Shown here in pieces: positions 9,954 through 18,637 of a DNA stretch of 52,221 nt (positions are counted from its first letter, which is position 1; every line of letters starts with the position of its first letter). The stretch is from the IMG/VR virus record IMGVR_UViG_3300048041_000040, positions 1 to 52,221 of that record; one strand, written 5' to 3'. Below the pieces are notes generated by a model. It was not told where the DNA came from. It saw nothing but the letters and a program-made list of their open reading frames with translations, and made no database searches. The translations under genes and the position numbers were made by a program. The stretch comes from a virus (taxonomy: Duplodnaviria; Caudoviricetes).

Positions 9954-11441
9954 ATGCTTTTTCTGTTCGCGAATAATGCCGTGTCCGCGCTGGCCGCTCC
10001 GATCACATCGGGGGACACGACGATTACGGTCACGTCCGGCACCGGGGCGAAATACCCCAGCCCTGCGGGTGGCCAGTATTTCGCCATCACTCTCGTCGAC
10101 GCCGCTACCGGCCTGCTGCGCGAGGTCGCGTACTGCACCGCGCGCAGCGGCGACACCCTGACGGTTACCCGCGCGCGAGAGGGCACCACAGCCCGAGCGT
10201 ACGCACTGTACGACCCCTGCGCGAACCTGTGGACAATGGGCCAAGCGGCAGCGATGCTTCAAACGTCCCTGGTTGGTTCGGCGGCGTATCTGACCGCCTC
10301 GGACCAGCTCGGGGGCGTCTCGGCGATCCAACCCTACGCAGGCGATCCGAACGGCCTGGTGGCCGGTAACGCGGCAACGGGCGCCGTGCCGCCATCGATG
10401 GTATGGGACACGGTCGACAATATTGTATGGGTGTGTATCGCGACCGGGTCGACAACGACAGCGGTGTGGCTCGCGCTTGACTATCAGCAGGGCGTTGTAT
10501 TTTGTGGCACATCTACCGGAACGCCGAACGCGCAGCTACTCACTCCTGCCGTTCCGATCACTGGATACGCCTCGGGCCTGGCGGTAGCTTGGATCGCCGG
10601 GTTTACGAACACGGCCGCATTGACGATCAATGTCAGCGGTAAAGGTGCGGTCAACGTCTATAAGACCTCCCCCGCCGGCCCGGTTCCGTTGACCGGTGAC
10701 GAAGTGGTCACGGCAAATCTTATATCCGCGCGGTACGACGGGACGCAGTTCCAGCTTACTTCTACGGACCTCGGCACGATGGCCCTGCTCAATCAAGGCA
10801 ACACGGTCATCAATCCGGGAACAGGCAACGCCGAGATCGCCTCGCCGATGGGCGCGACAATCAATCAGGGATCGTATGTATTCCTGGCCGCTGACCGGGG
10901 GTACACCCGCAAGCGCAGCAACGGCGGATCCGCGATGGTCGACACCCTGCCGGCAACCGCCAGCGTGGCGAATGGCTGGTGGGTAGGCGTGGTCAACGCG
11001 GATACGTCCGCAAACGACACGATCTCGGCGCCGGCCGGCGTGAACCTAAATGGGGTACCGGCCGGCTCGGTATCCATCGCGCACGGGCAGTCAGTCCGTA
11101 TCGGCTTTGATGGCACCGGATACTGGGTTACGCAACAGCCCGTCTCGACATTGACCGCGTCACAATTCGCCTACGTCAATATCTCCAATGCCGGCCAGGT
11201 GATACCCCCTGGCGCGTATGAGGTCGACAGCTCGGGGGGGGCGTTTACGCTGCTCCTTGAGCTGTCTGCCGCGCCGGGCGACAATTACACATTCCGAGAT
11301 TTTGCCCGTACCTGGGCCAGGCACCCGGTGACGATCAACGCCAACGGGAACACAATAGCCGGCGGCGCATCGTCGAATCTGGATGTGTCCGGCGCGCAAG
11401 CGCAAATTACTTTTTCTCCATCGAACTGGGCATATCAATGA
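9954..11441 (+). CDS. Tail fibre protein
   Basis: N-terminal FANNA..LAAPIT..VTRAREGTTARA baseplate-attachment motif; 495 aa beta-rich. Confidence 0.8.
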   Translation: MLFLFANNAVSALAAPITSGDTTITVTSGTGAKYPSPAGGQYFAITLVDAATGLLREVAYCTARSGDTLTVTRAREGTTARAYALYDPCANLWTMGQAAAMLQTSLVGSAAYLTASDQLGGVSAIQPYAGDPNGLVAGNAATGAVPPSMVWDTVDNIVWVCIATGSTTTAVWLALDYQQGVVFCGTSTGTPNAQLLTPAVPITGYASGLAVAWIAGFTNTAALTINVSGKGAVNVYKTSPAGPVPLTGDEVVTANLISARYDGTQFQLTSTDLGTMALLNQGNTVINPGTGNAEIASPMGATINQGSYVFLAADRGYTRKRSNGGSAMVDTLPATASVANGWWVGVVNADTSANDTISAPAGVNLNGVPAGSVSIAHGQSVRIGFDGTGYWVTQQPVSTLTASQFAYVNISNAGQVIPPGAYEVDSSGGAFTLLLELSAAPGDNYTFRDFARTWARHPVTINANGNTIAGGASSNLDVSGAQAQITFSPSNWAYQ

Positions 11442-13039
11442 GCACATCAAATTTGAGCGGCGTCATTCAAGGCGGGCAGACGCTCGGAATGGTGGCTGGC
11501 GCGCGAGCGATCAACGTGAATGATTTAGTCCAGATCGGCGGGCCGGGCAACGAAGCCTACCCCGTGGTCACGATTGATCAAGCGGCAGTTGCCGCCGTTA
11601 CGGTCACCGCGCCCGTTTCGATCGTAGCCGGCGCCGTCAACAATTATGCGCACTATGATCAAGTCGCCGATTCGTCCGGGAATATCTTCAACCTGTGCCC
11701 GAACCTATCTAGCCAGGGCGTGGAGGCGGTAAAACGCTCCCCGACGAGCGCCGTCCTGATCTCGGCGACGGCGCTGGACGCAACGGCGCACGCGATGGTC
11801 AACATGCGGCTGCGGAAGCTGAACAGCGGGAATTTTCTGGCGGTGTATGCGGACTCAACTACCGGCGGCGTGAAGTTTGTTATCTTCGATACGAATTTGA
11901 ACATCGTCGCCGGGCCGACAGCCATAGCCACGGGGTACGAGACGGGCGCCGTCGCGTATACGGACGCTGTGACGCTGACGGGAGGCGGCTGGGCCGTCGC
12001 GTATCAAAATTCGGCGCACACGGCCATCGAGCTGCAGACCTACACCGACGCGGGCGTGGCGGTTCTCGCGGCTACGTCGATTCAGACGATCACCGGCACG
12101 GCGCTGGTCCACCTGGCGCTAAATCAACTCTCAAGCGGCAATCTGGTCGTCGGCATGCGGACGACCGCGACGCCGGTCGGTACGTCCTTCGTCATCGTGA
12201 CAACGGCGGGGGTGTCGGTCGTCGCCAACACCGTGATCGACTCGACGGCGACGGCAGGATTCTGTCATTTGAGCGTTTTGCCGGGGTTCTTCGCCATCGC
12301 GGACGCTAACGGCACGAATTTGCAAGCTGCCGTCTATAACAACGCGGGCGCGCAGCAAGGCGGCAATGTTACGAACGCTACGACGCTCAACAGCACGACC
12401 TACGCGCAATGCCAACTGGTAAACGACGGTATCTATTTTTACCTGTTTTTCGTACCGACGGCGGGCGGCTTGAGCGTCGTCCAGTTGACGACAGCGGGCG
12501 GCCAGGCGGCGGCATCGGGTACGCTTTTGTCCTCGCTAGTCGGGTGGACTTTCGGGGCGGCGATCTGCAACAACCAGGCGTTCATCCTGATAGGCAACCC
12601 CGGTAGCGCCGGGCAGAGGACCGCTGTCGTTGGCCTGCCCGACGCATTCCTCGGCGTATCAGTCCCCTACGTGATCGCAGGCCCGACGGCTTACGGGTCG
12701 GCGGCCGCTACGACCGGCTCGTACTGGCCTTCAGTGCAGGCGTCCGGGGATTTCACCGCGAACGTCGTGTACGATCAACAGGTCACCGCCGGGATGTTCG
12801 CCGGGCAGGTAAAATTCGCCGCGTCGGCTATCCAGGGAGTGGCGCAGAATGCGGTCGCAGCTAATTCTCCGGGGACGGCACTAACGGTCAACCCCGGCCC
12901 CGGCAGTTACCCGGTGAATTCCTTGCTCGGCACGCCCGGCACCGTGTTTGATCATTCGGCGGCAACGCCGACAGGCAATCACGGGGCGCTCTACTCGGCC
13001 GGGGCGAGCCTATCCAGCCCGGCCAGCACTAAGCCTTAA
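11438..13039 (+). CDS. Putative virion accessory / fibre-associated beta-propeller-like protein
   Basis: 533 aa with repeated L.SGNF/L.VVY-type blades; translationally coupled to the fibre gene. Confidence 0.55.
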   Translation: MSTSNLSGVIQGGQTLGMVAGARAINVNDLVQIGGPGNEAYPVVTIDQAAVAAVTVTAPVSIVAGAVNNYAHYDQVADSSGNIFNLCPNLSSQGVEAVKRSPTSAVLISATALDATAHAMVNMRLRKLNSGNFLAVYADSTTGGVKFVIFDTNLNIVAGPTAIATGYETGAVAYTDAVTLTGGGWAVAYQNSAHTAIELQTYTDAGVAVLAATSIQTITGTALVHLALNQLSSGNLVVGMRTTATPVGTSFVIVTTAGVSVVANTVIDSTATAGFCHLSVLPGFFAIADANGTNLQAAVYNNAGAQQGGNVTNATTLNSTTYAQCQLVNDGIYFYLFFVPTAGGLSVVQLTTAGGQAAASGTLLSSLVGWTFGAAICNNQAFILIGNPGSAGQRTAVVGLPDAFLGVSVPYVIAGPTAYGSAAATTGSYWPSVQASGDFTANVVYDQQVTAGMFAGQVKFAASAIQGVAQNAVAANSPGTALTVNPGPGSYPVNSLLGTPGTVFDHSAATPTGNHGALYSAGASLSSPASTKP

Positions 13040-13059
13040 CTCACAAAGGACAAATCGAT

Positions 13060-13611
13060 ATGGTGACGGAAGATCACGAACAGACCGAGACGTTAAAAAC
13101 CGACGTTATCGAACCGGGCCACGAGGCGCGCGGTGCGGCGACGGCGCTATTCAAGCGCACCCGACTTGCGCTGATTCAGCGAGAGCGTGGGAAGTGCTGG
13201 TTGTCCGGCCTGACCGCCAAGGAGCTCGGACCCCTTGAAGCACATCACTGGCCGGTAGAGCGGTGCTGGGCCGAGCGATGGGATTGGCCGCGCTTCGCTA
13301 AAGCCGCGCAGAGCGGGAAATTCGGCCCCTGCCCGCAAGGGTTCGACTGGACGGATTTCTTCCAGGGCAGCGTGACCATCACGGCGCCGGATACCGGCAA
13401 GCCTTTTTGCAAGGTGCGCGACCCGTACCTGTTCGTGGATGACATGCTGGTCAACGGGCGATTGCTCGGCAAACAGTTTCATGTTCACGTCGACGCCGGG
13501 GCGCACAATCTGACTGAGTCGCAGTGGCTCGCGCAAGGGTTTCTCGCGGAGGGTTACAAATTCTCCCCGACTGAGGTCATCCATCACGAGTTCGACGCGG
13601 CAGAGGCATAG
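13060..13611 (+). CDS. HNH-like His-rich protein upstream of the lysis genes
   Basis: CWLSG..LEAHH..N..LL...H.H..G.H pattern resembles a degenerate HNH; SD AAGGA. Confidence 0.5.
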   Translation: MVTEDHEQTETLKTDVIEPGHEARGAATALFKRTRLALIQRERGKCWLSGLTAKELGPLEAHHWPVERCWAERWDWPRFAKAAQSGKFGPCPQGFDWTDFFQGSVTITAPDTGKPFCKVRDPYLFVDDMLVNGRLLGKQFHVHVDAGAHNLTESQWLAQGFLAEGYKFSPTEVIHHEFDAAEA

Positions 13612-13613
13612 CT

Positions 13614-13976
13614 ATGACTCCTGACCGGCGATCGCCAGAGGGGCAAATGTCCGAGCCACAGTTCCGTGAGTACATAGTCACGCGGTTGGACGACGGAGAC
13701 CAACGGTTTTTTAAGGTGTGTTCGGCGCTCGAAGATTTATCAACGGCCCTTGGGGAAAACACTCGCCTGACCATAGAGCAGCGAGACGATACGGCCGACC
13801 TCGTACGCATCCTGAAATTCGGAAGCTGGGGCGCGCGGATCGTCAAGAACGGAATTGAAGGGACGAGTAAGGCGATTAAGGTACTTTGGCCTATCGTCGC
13901 CGTTATCGCCGCCGTCCTGGCGCTTTACCACGACGGGAAAATATCCTGGCGTGACATACTGGAGGCACTCAAATGA
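13614..13976 (+). CDS. Putative holin/antiholin (single C-terminal TM)
   Basis: Hydrophobic VLWPIVAVIAAVLALY; directly upstream of the endolysin. Confidence 0.5.
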   Translation: MTPDRRSPEGQMSEPQFREYIVTRLDDGDQRFFKVCSALEDLSTALGENTRLTIEQRDDTADLVRILKFGSWGARIVKNGIEGTSKAIKVLWPIVAVIAAVLALYHDGKISWRDILEALK

Positions 13977-14431
13977 CCCCTGCCGATTTCATCGCGAGCA
14001 TTGCGCCGGCTGCGAAAGCATCTATGGCGCTGACTAAAATCCCGGCGAGCTTCGTCATCGCCGAAGGCGCGCTTGAGTCCGCCTGGGGCGACTCGGAGCT
14101 GTGCCGGAACGCCCGCAATATTTTTGGCGTCAAAGCTGACGCCGCCTGGCGGGGGGCTACGGTCTCGATGCCGACGCATGAGGTTATCCGCGGCAAGACG
14201 GTACAGGTACAAGCGCTGTGGCGAGCGTACCCCGACTATCTGTCGTGTATCCGTGACCACGCGCTATTCTTGCTCGACAACCCGCGCTACGCCCCGGCAT
14301 TGCAGCATGCCGACAATGCGGAAATTTTCGCACAGGGCGTTGCCGCCGCCGGGTATGCGACCGATCCGGACTATGCGGCCAAGATCATTGCGATCATCCG
14401 GGCGCATGGTCTGACTGAGTACGACGCGTGA
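13973..14431 (+). CDS. Endolysin, GH73 (FlgJ-like glucosaminidase/muramidase)
   Basis: ALESAWG, NIFGVKA, YATDPDYA motifs. Confidence 0.92.
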   Translation: MTPADFIASIAPAAKASMALTKIPASFVIAEGALESAWGDSELCRNARNIFGVKADAAWRGATVSMPTHEVIRGKTVQVQALWRAYPDYLSCIRDHALFLLDNPRYAPALQHADNAEIFAQGVAAAGYATDPDYAAKIIAIIRAHGLTEYDA

Positions 14432-14598
14432 ACGCCCTATACATCAAGCTGCTCATTGGCGCGGTCCTGTTCGGCGCATGGCTGGCGCTGGTATTCAACC
14501 CGCAATCCCACGATGACGCGATCATCACGTTCATCCAGTTCACGCTCGGCGGCTTGGCCGGGCATCTTGCAACGCCAACTTCAAAGGACACACCATGA
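14428..14598 (+). CDS. Small two-TM holin candidate (56 aa, not in ORF track)
   Basis: GTG start overlaps the endolysin TGA; VNALYIKLLIGAVLFGAWLALVFNPQSHDDAIITFIQFTLGGLAGHLATPTSKDTP; stop overlaps the next ATG. Confidence 0.7.
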   Translation: MNALYIKLLIGAVLFGAWLALVFNPQSHDDAIITFIQFTLGGLAGHLATPTSKDTP

Positions 14599-14831
14599 AC
14601 CGCACATTAATTTATGTACTCTTGGCCTGCGCCGCGCTCACCGGTTGCACCGGACTGAATATCTCCTGGGTCGCGTCCTACAATTGCGGCCCGAACACGA
14701 CGCAGGCTTGTCAGATGTCGAACTTGGGCGGTTCTGCTCCTATCTCCTTGCCTGCGCAGCCGTCAACCAATGCGGTCGTCACGCCGTATGGTCCGTCAAT
14801 CTCTGTTACTCCGGTAGGGGTGGCGAAATGA
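14595..14831 (+). CDS. Lipoprotein (o-spanin-like)
   Basis: Lipobox ALTGC after a hydrophobic core; Pro-rich tail. Confidence 0.65.
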   Translation: MNRTLIYVLLACAALTGCTGLNISWVASYNCGPNTTQACQMSNLGGSAPISLPAQPSTNAVVTPYGPSISVTPVGVAK

Positions 14832-15109
14832 AGGCCGTCGCATTGACCTTGCTGATCGCGTGCAGTGTCGCATTCGCGCAGCAAGAGCCGTTTGACTCGC
14901 CAAAGCGCATTGAATACCGGGGCGGCTATAAAGCGAGTGTATATAGACAGGAAGTAGAAGACCACCGGGCGATAATGAAAAATTGCGCCGCGCTGGAAGA
15001 CCAGTTTGTTGCGTCCCTACGCGGAACAAAGTCAGAGGATGACTTGCGGGCGTACTGGGCACAAGGCGATATTGGTAGGGATTGCGTTAGGCAGGGATTC
15101 GAGCCGTGA
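14828..15109 (+). CDS. Small exported protein
   Basis: ATG 14828 overlaps the previous stop; signal peptide MKAVALTLLIACSVAFA; two Cys in the mature part. Confidence 0.6.
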   Translation: MKAVALTLLIACSVAFAQQEPFDSPKRIEYRGGYKASVYRQEVEDHRAIMKNCAALEDQFVASLRGTKSEDDLRAYWAQGDIGRDCVRQGFEP

Positions 15110-15267
15110 CCGTCATCCAGACCGCCGCGCAACTGGCCTGTGCCGACATCTACGATTCGATCACGCCGGGCAAGTTTGAAAAGATATACCGCGTCGGCGA
15201 GTCGGTTTGGGGCCTGGCACGCATCGATGGACAGACTGTTCCGTTGTCGGATTGGAGCGACAAATGA
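15106..15267 (+). pseudogene. 53-aa ORF resembling the N-terminus of the downstream lipase (remnant)
   Basis: AAQLACADIY..VWGLARIDGQTV resembles CAQQSARIY..VVGHVQVDGADV; GTGA and ATGA couplings on both sides. Confidence 0.45.
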
Positions 15268-15878
15268 TCACGCCCCTGCAATGCGCGCAGCAGTCGGCCC
15301 GGATTTATTCCGATCCGACTGGATGGCTGCACTACTGGACGTTTGACGACGTGGTTGTCGGCCACGTGCAGGTAGACGGCGCCGACGTGCTGGCATTGCG
15401 CGGCTCGGTGACAATCGAAGATTGGATGCGCGATGCTGCGGCAATACCTGTGTGGCATGACAAGTTAGGATTCGTTGACGCTGGGTTCCTGGCCGGGATG
15501 GATGACGTGTTCGCGGAAGTGCGTGCTGCTGTCGGGCCGAAGCTGACGATTACAGGACACTCGCTGGGCGGCGCACGTGCGCGTATCCTGGCCGGTCTGT
15601 TCGCTTGCGCGGGTATCGCTGTCGAGCAGTTGACCGTTTTTGGGTCGCCGAAGCCGGCGTTCGCCAACCTGGCGCGTGTCATCAAAAAGAGCGGCATGCT
15701 ACATGCCAGCTATCGATTTTTTAACGATATCGTGCCGACTGTGCCGTTCACTATCGCGCCGTGTTTCGACTTCGTGCATACGGAGGATTGGATAGCGCTC
15801 GCCGGGCATTCAGGTCAGTCGGACCTCGGGCCGTTGCGTGACCACAGTGTGATTAATTACATCGATGCGCTGTCGTGA
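15264..15878 (+). CDS. Class 3 lipase (alpha/beta hydrolase)
   Basis: LRGS, GHSLGGA nucleophile elbow, FGSPKP, DIVP, C-terminal DH; SD GGAG before ATG 15264. Confidence 0.9.
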   Translation: MITPLQCAQQSARIYSDPTGWLHYWTFDDVVVGHVQVDGADVLALRGSVTIEDWMRDAAAIPVWHDKLGFVDAGFLAGMDDVFAEVRAAVGPKLTITGHSLGGARARILAGLFACAGIAVEQLTVFGSPKPAFANLARVIKKSGMLHASYRFFNDIVPTVPFTIAPCFDFVHTEDWIALAGHSGQSDLGPLRDHSVINYIDALS

Positions 15879-16300
15879 TGCTCGGTCAGGTGGCCGGGCT
15901 TGGCTGCGACTCGTCCAGTGGTTGCTGCTTCAATTGCATCAGATATTTCTTGGTGCGTTTTAGTTGGATAGCAGCGAAGCATGTTCACGTAAAACGCCGA
16001 TCGCAGATCATTCATTTGCTCGGTTAGACGCGCATTCTTGGCGATCAGTACGGACTGCGGCTCGACCTTTGCCAACTTAATCTTTGCAAGCTCAGATTCA
16101 AAGTAAAGTCGCCCTTGTTCGACTCCACGCGCAAAGCCTTTCTCTTCCTCTCGGATTAGTGCCATCGTGTGATCTAATTTCAGTCTTTGCATTTCATTGC
16201 GAACGTCGGTAATCACGTCGCGTATTGCGACGATTAACATACCGGCAAGAAAAATAACCCACGCAACTGTTACAAAAATCATTGCGACAGCGTTGTTCAT
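15857..16300 (-). CDS. Hypothetical protein with N-terminal TM and coiled coil
   Basis: 147 aa ORF; last gene of the leftward early operon, converging on the lipase. Confidence 0.6.
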   Translation of the reverse strand: MNNAVAMIFVTVAWVIFLAGMLIVAIRDVITDVRNEMQRLKLDHTMALIREEEKGFARGVEQGRLYFESELAKIKLAKVEPQSVLIAKNARLTEQMNDLRSAFYVNMLRCYPTKTHQEISDAIEAATTGRVAAKPGHLTEHHDSASM

Positions 16301-16599
16301 GAATTCCCTTTCGATTCGCCATCACCGGGCGATTTCGGAGTTATTGCCTCTTGAAAGTCGGCAAAAGCCTTTAATGCTTTAATCATTTCCGCATCAACAT
16401 CGCCAGTAGCAACAATTCGAAAACTTTGATTTGGCCGAATTTCGTGGTAAAAAACCACACGTTCATTTTCCATAAGACTTACCTTTTGCTGTTTATCACA
16501 CGCAGGGTTCGGCGGCGGTGCTTTTCCCTCGTCCAGTGGTTGCTCTTTCCCATACTTGGCTTGTCGCTGCTGAAACATGGAAAGCAGCGCGAAAGCCAA
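16297..16599 (-). CDS. Hypothetical protein (start uncertain)
   Basis: Stop overlaps the next ATG; AT-rich. Confidence 0.45.
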   Translation of the reverse strand: MAFALLSMFQQRQAKYGKEQPLDEGKAPPPNPACDKQQKVSLMENERVVFYHEIRPNQSFRIVATGDVDAEMIKALKAFADFQEAITPKSPGDGESKGNS

Positions 16600-16625
16600 G
16601 GGGGAGGCTTCACATAGTTAGATAG

Positions 16626-16700
16626 TCACGACCCCGACCGCGACCCCGACCGCGACCCCGACCGCGTCCAACCTTCGTGAAGTAATGCGGCATTAATCAT
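16626..16700 (-). CDS. 24-aa Arg-Ser-Gly repeat micro-ORF (MINAALLHEGWTRSGSRSGSRSGS)
   Basis: ATGA coupling to the upstream gene; 12-bp tandem repeat. Confidence 0.5.
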   Translation of the reverse strand: MINAALLHEGWTRSGSRSGSRSGS

Positions 16701-17009
16701 TTTTGCGACCGTGGTAAAGGCTTTTCAAGCACAACGGCATCCATCAATCCGCCGCGTCCAATAACGACTCTGCGCCCGTCAGCAACGAATTGCATGTATC
16801 GTCCCGTATCCGGTATCCATGAGCAATCAACTAATACCAGTTCCGTAGCACCAACATCAACCAGCTTGCCGGTATAGATCATCGTCACGGTACGGACGAT
16901 GTAATTTTTACCGATCTCAAAAAAAATGCTGTACTGGTGCTGTTTTCTCATCGCTGAAAAGTGCAGATAGTTCACGCGCTTGTTTAATTGTTAGGTCTTC
17001 GATGTTCAT
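16697..17009 (-). pseudogene. Conserved phage protein (EIGKNYIVRTVT..YTGKL..WIPDTGR family) interrupted by a +1 frameshift in a T8 run
   Basis: SD GGAG plus ATG at 17009 gives MNIEDLTIKQARELSALF..QHFF-stop; removing one T at 16919-16926 joins it in frame to EIGKNY. Confidence 0.7.
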
Positions 17010-17039
17010 TTCTTGTTCTCCGTTTTTACTGCTATTTGA

Positions 17040-17453
17040 CTACAAGGGTGAAGCTGCTTGCGCATATCTACGATGAATCTCCTGCGCGAACTCGTGCAGC
17101 CACTGAGCGTTGATCTCCCCATTCACCAGTGGATTCGACTCGGGGAAAGCATCTTCTATCTGGTCGAATGTCAAAGGCTCCACAGCCTTCGGCGGCGGGT
17201 AGATATTAATCGGCGTATCCGTAACGATGTCGTTCACGCCGGCGATGTTCGGCATCAGCCTGCGACGCTCCTCGTGGTTCTTCTGGACTATGCCCGTACG
17301 AGGCCGCGCAAGCACCTCCCGACATACGGCCAGAGCGATTTCAGCCGGGGTTCCGGCACATGCCGGCGGGTCGGAGTCATCCGCCGCCCAACGCTTGCCG
17401 CAGCTACACGCAAATTCGTCCCCTTCGCGGCGGGCACGGCAGCGGGTCAGCAT
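17040..17453 (-). CDS. Hypothetical protein with N-terminal Cys cluster
   Basis: C.ARREGDEFAC.CG.RW....DPP.C, a common small phage Zn-binding motif. Confidence 0.65.
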   Translation of the reverse strand: MLTRCRARREGDEFACSCGKRWAADDSDPPACAGTPAEIALAVCREVLARPRTGIVQKNHEERRRLMPNIAGVNDIVTDTPINIYPPPKAVEPLTFDQIEDAFPESNPLVNGEINAQWLHEFAQEIHRRYAQAASPL

Positions 17454-17695
17454 GATACCGCCCACGAGATTGCCACGATTAGCAGCGCGGACAGCACGGT
17501 CAGCACCCAGCAGCGCGCTTGCGTCCAGGCGGTAGGCTCGTGTATCGTCAACTCCGCGCCCGGACCGAACGCCTCCTCTAGCGTACGCGGAAACTTGTCA
17601 CCGTAGTATTGCGACGGCGGTATCCAGCGGCTCGTGCGCGGCAAGTTCAAGGGCTGCGACGGCGCCACGTCGTGCTCTGAGTAATTTATTATCAC
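17447..17695 (-). CDS. Small membrane protein
   Basis: FPRTLEEAFGP motif plus C-terminal TM; GTGA coupling. Confidence 0.65.
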   Translation of the reverse strand: MIINYSEHDVAPSQPLNLPRTSRWIPPSQYYGDKFPRTLEEAFGPGAELTIHEPTAWTQARCWVLTVLSALLIVAISWAVSC

Positions 17696-17856
17696 TTTGC
17701 ATCCCCCTGTTTAATCTTCCACTCGCGGTACCACATTGCCTTGCAGATCGCGCTAATCGAGATCCCCGACTGCTTGGCGGCCTGACTCGGCGCTACGCCC
17801 TGGACGAGTACCAGTTCGCGCGCCTTGCGCATTGCCTCGGATTCATGGGCGCCCAT
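17692..17856 (-). CDS. 54-aa helix-turn-helix protein (not in ORF track)
   Basis: MGAHESEAMRKARELVLVQGVAPSQAAKQSGISISAICKAMWYREWK; TGATG and GTGA couplings. Confidence 0.7.
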   Translation of the reverse strand: MGAHESEAMRKARELVLVQGVAPSQAAKQSGISISAICKAMWYREWKIKQGDAK

Positions 17857-18572
17857 CAGTCTTCCCCTTCGATAAATTCGCCATTATCGTCCAGCGTATA
17901 CCACACGTCGGGCTGAATGCCGTTTTCTCCGACTTTGCTCGAACGGATCAAAGACACGTTTCGATCATTGTCGCGGCGTATCAAAACGATTGCGCCGTTA
18001 ACGCCGGCTTTCGCTTTCCCGTCCCATCCCGATATGGCCACGCCCCGCATACCTGTGGCGGATGCAGCGCCCTGATATCCCATGGCGGATGCAGCGCCCT
18101 GATCCCCCGGGGCGGATGCAGCGCCCTGATATCCCGTGGCGGATGCAGCGCCCTGCGTACCTGTGGCGGATGCAGCGCCCTGCGTACCTGTGGCGGATGC
18201 AGCGCCCTGATCCCCCGGGGCGGATGCAGCCGAAAGTGGATCGACCGGTAAAGCACGCTTAAAAGTGTACTCAACTGCGGCTTTCACCAAGCCGGGAATT
18301 CCGATTTCAAAATTCAATTCAATGGAACGACTAGCCGCCTTCGTATCGCTGTCCCCACGCGAGATGTCGCCTGATTGTTCAACGACGACAAAACGGCTAT
18401 TGGCCGGCGCGTAATAGTCAAACACCTCGAGCGGATATTCGCACGCATGAAAACCGGAGTTGCAAACTTTGACGGGGCCCTCGTGCGCATACTCTTTGCC
18501 GATTTCGAATTGAAAATCGCGACATTGGAGCGCGGTATTAAAACCTTTGTAAGCTATGATTTTTTCGGACAT
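17856..18572 (-). CDS. Conserved phage early protein with 9-aa GAASATG repeats
   Basis: AYKGF...CRDFQFEIGKEY..C..GFHAC.YP motif; ends GI.PD.WY.L...GEF. Confidence 0.85.
   Translation of the reverse strand: MSEKIIAYKGFNTALQCRDFQFEIGKEYAHEGPVKVCNSGFHACEYPLEVFDYYAPANSRFVVVEQSGDISRGDSDTKAASRSIELNFEIGIPGLVKAAVEYTFKRALPVDPLSAASAPGDQGAASATGTQGAASATGTQGAASATGYQGAASAPGDQGAASAMGYQGAASATGMRGVAISGWDGKAKAGVNGAIVLIRRDNDRNVSLIRSSKVGENGIQPDVWYTLDDNGEFIEGED
18057..18230. repeat. 27-bp coding tandem repeat, about 6.5 copies
   Basis: Core GGCGGATGCAGCGCCCTG at 18057, 18084, 18111, 18138, 18165, 18192, partial at 18219. Confidence 0.9.
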
Positions 18573-18605
18573 TTCGGGATCCCCAGACCGGTTAATTGAC
18601 GCCTC

Positions 18606-18637
18606 ACTTTAGTGGAATTATTCCACCGAGTCAAGCG
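18606..18637 (-). promoter_or_regulatory. Leftward sigma70 promoter with palindromic spacer (copy 1)
   Basis: Minus strand TTGACT-17 nt-TAAAGT; spacer contains a 7-1-7 palindrome (+ strand GTGGAAT-T-ATTCCAC). Confidence 0.85.

Noticed and set aside
1479-13039. Diversity-generating retroelement acting on the fibre genes
   Set aside because: No reverse transcriptase and no TR/VR pair with adenine-specific mismatches seen
14456-15109. 217-aa ORF as a single gene
   Set aside because: The 5' half overlaps the better-supported holin and lipoprotein ORFs; the real start is likely ATG 14828
18057-18230. 27-bp repeats as a CRISPR array
   Set aside because: Tandem in-frame coding repeats with only 9 variable nt and no unique spacers
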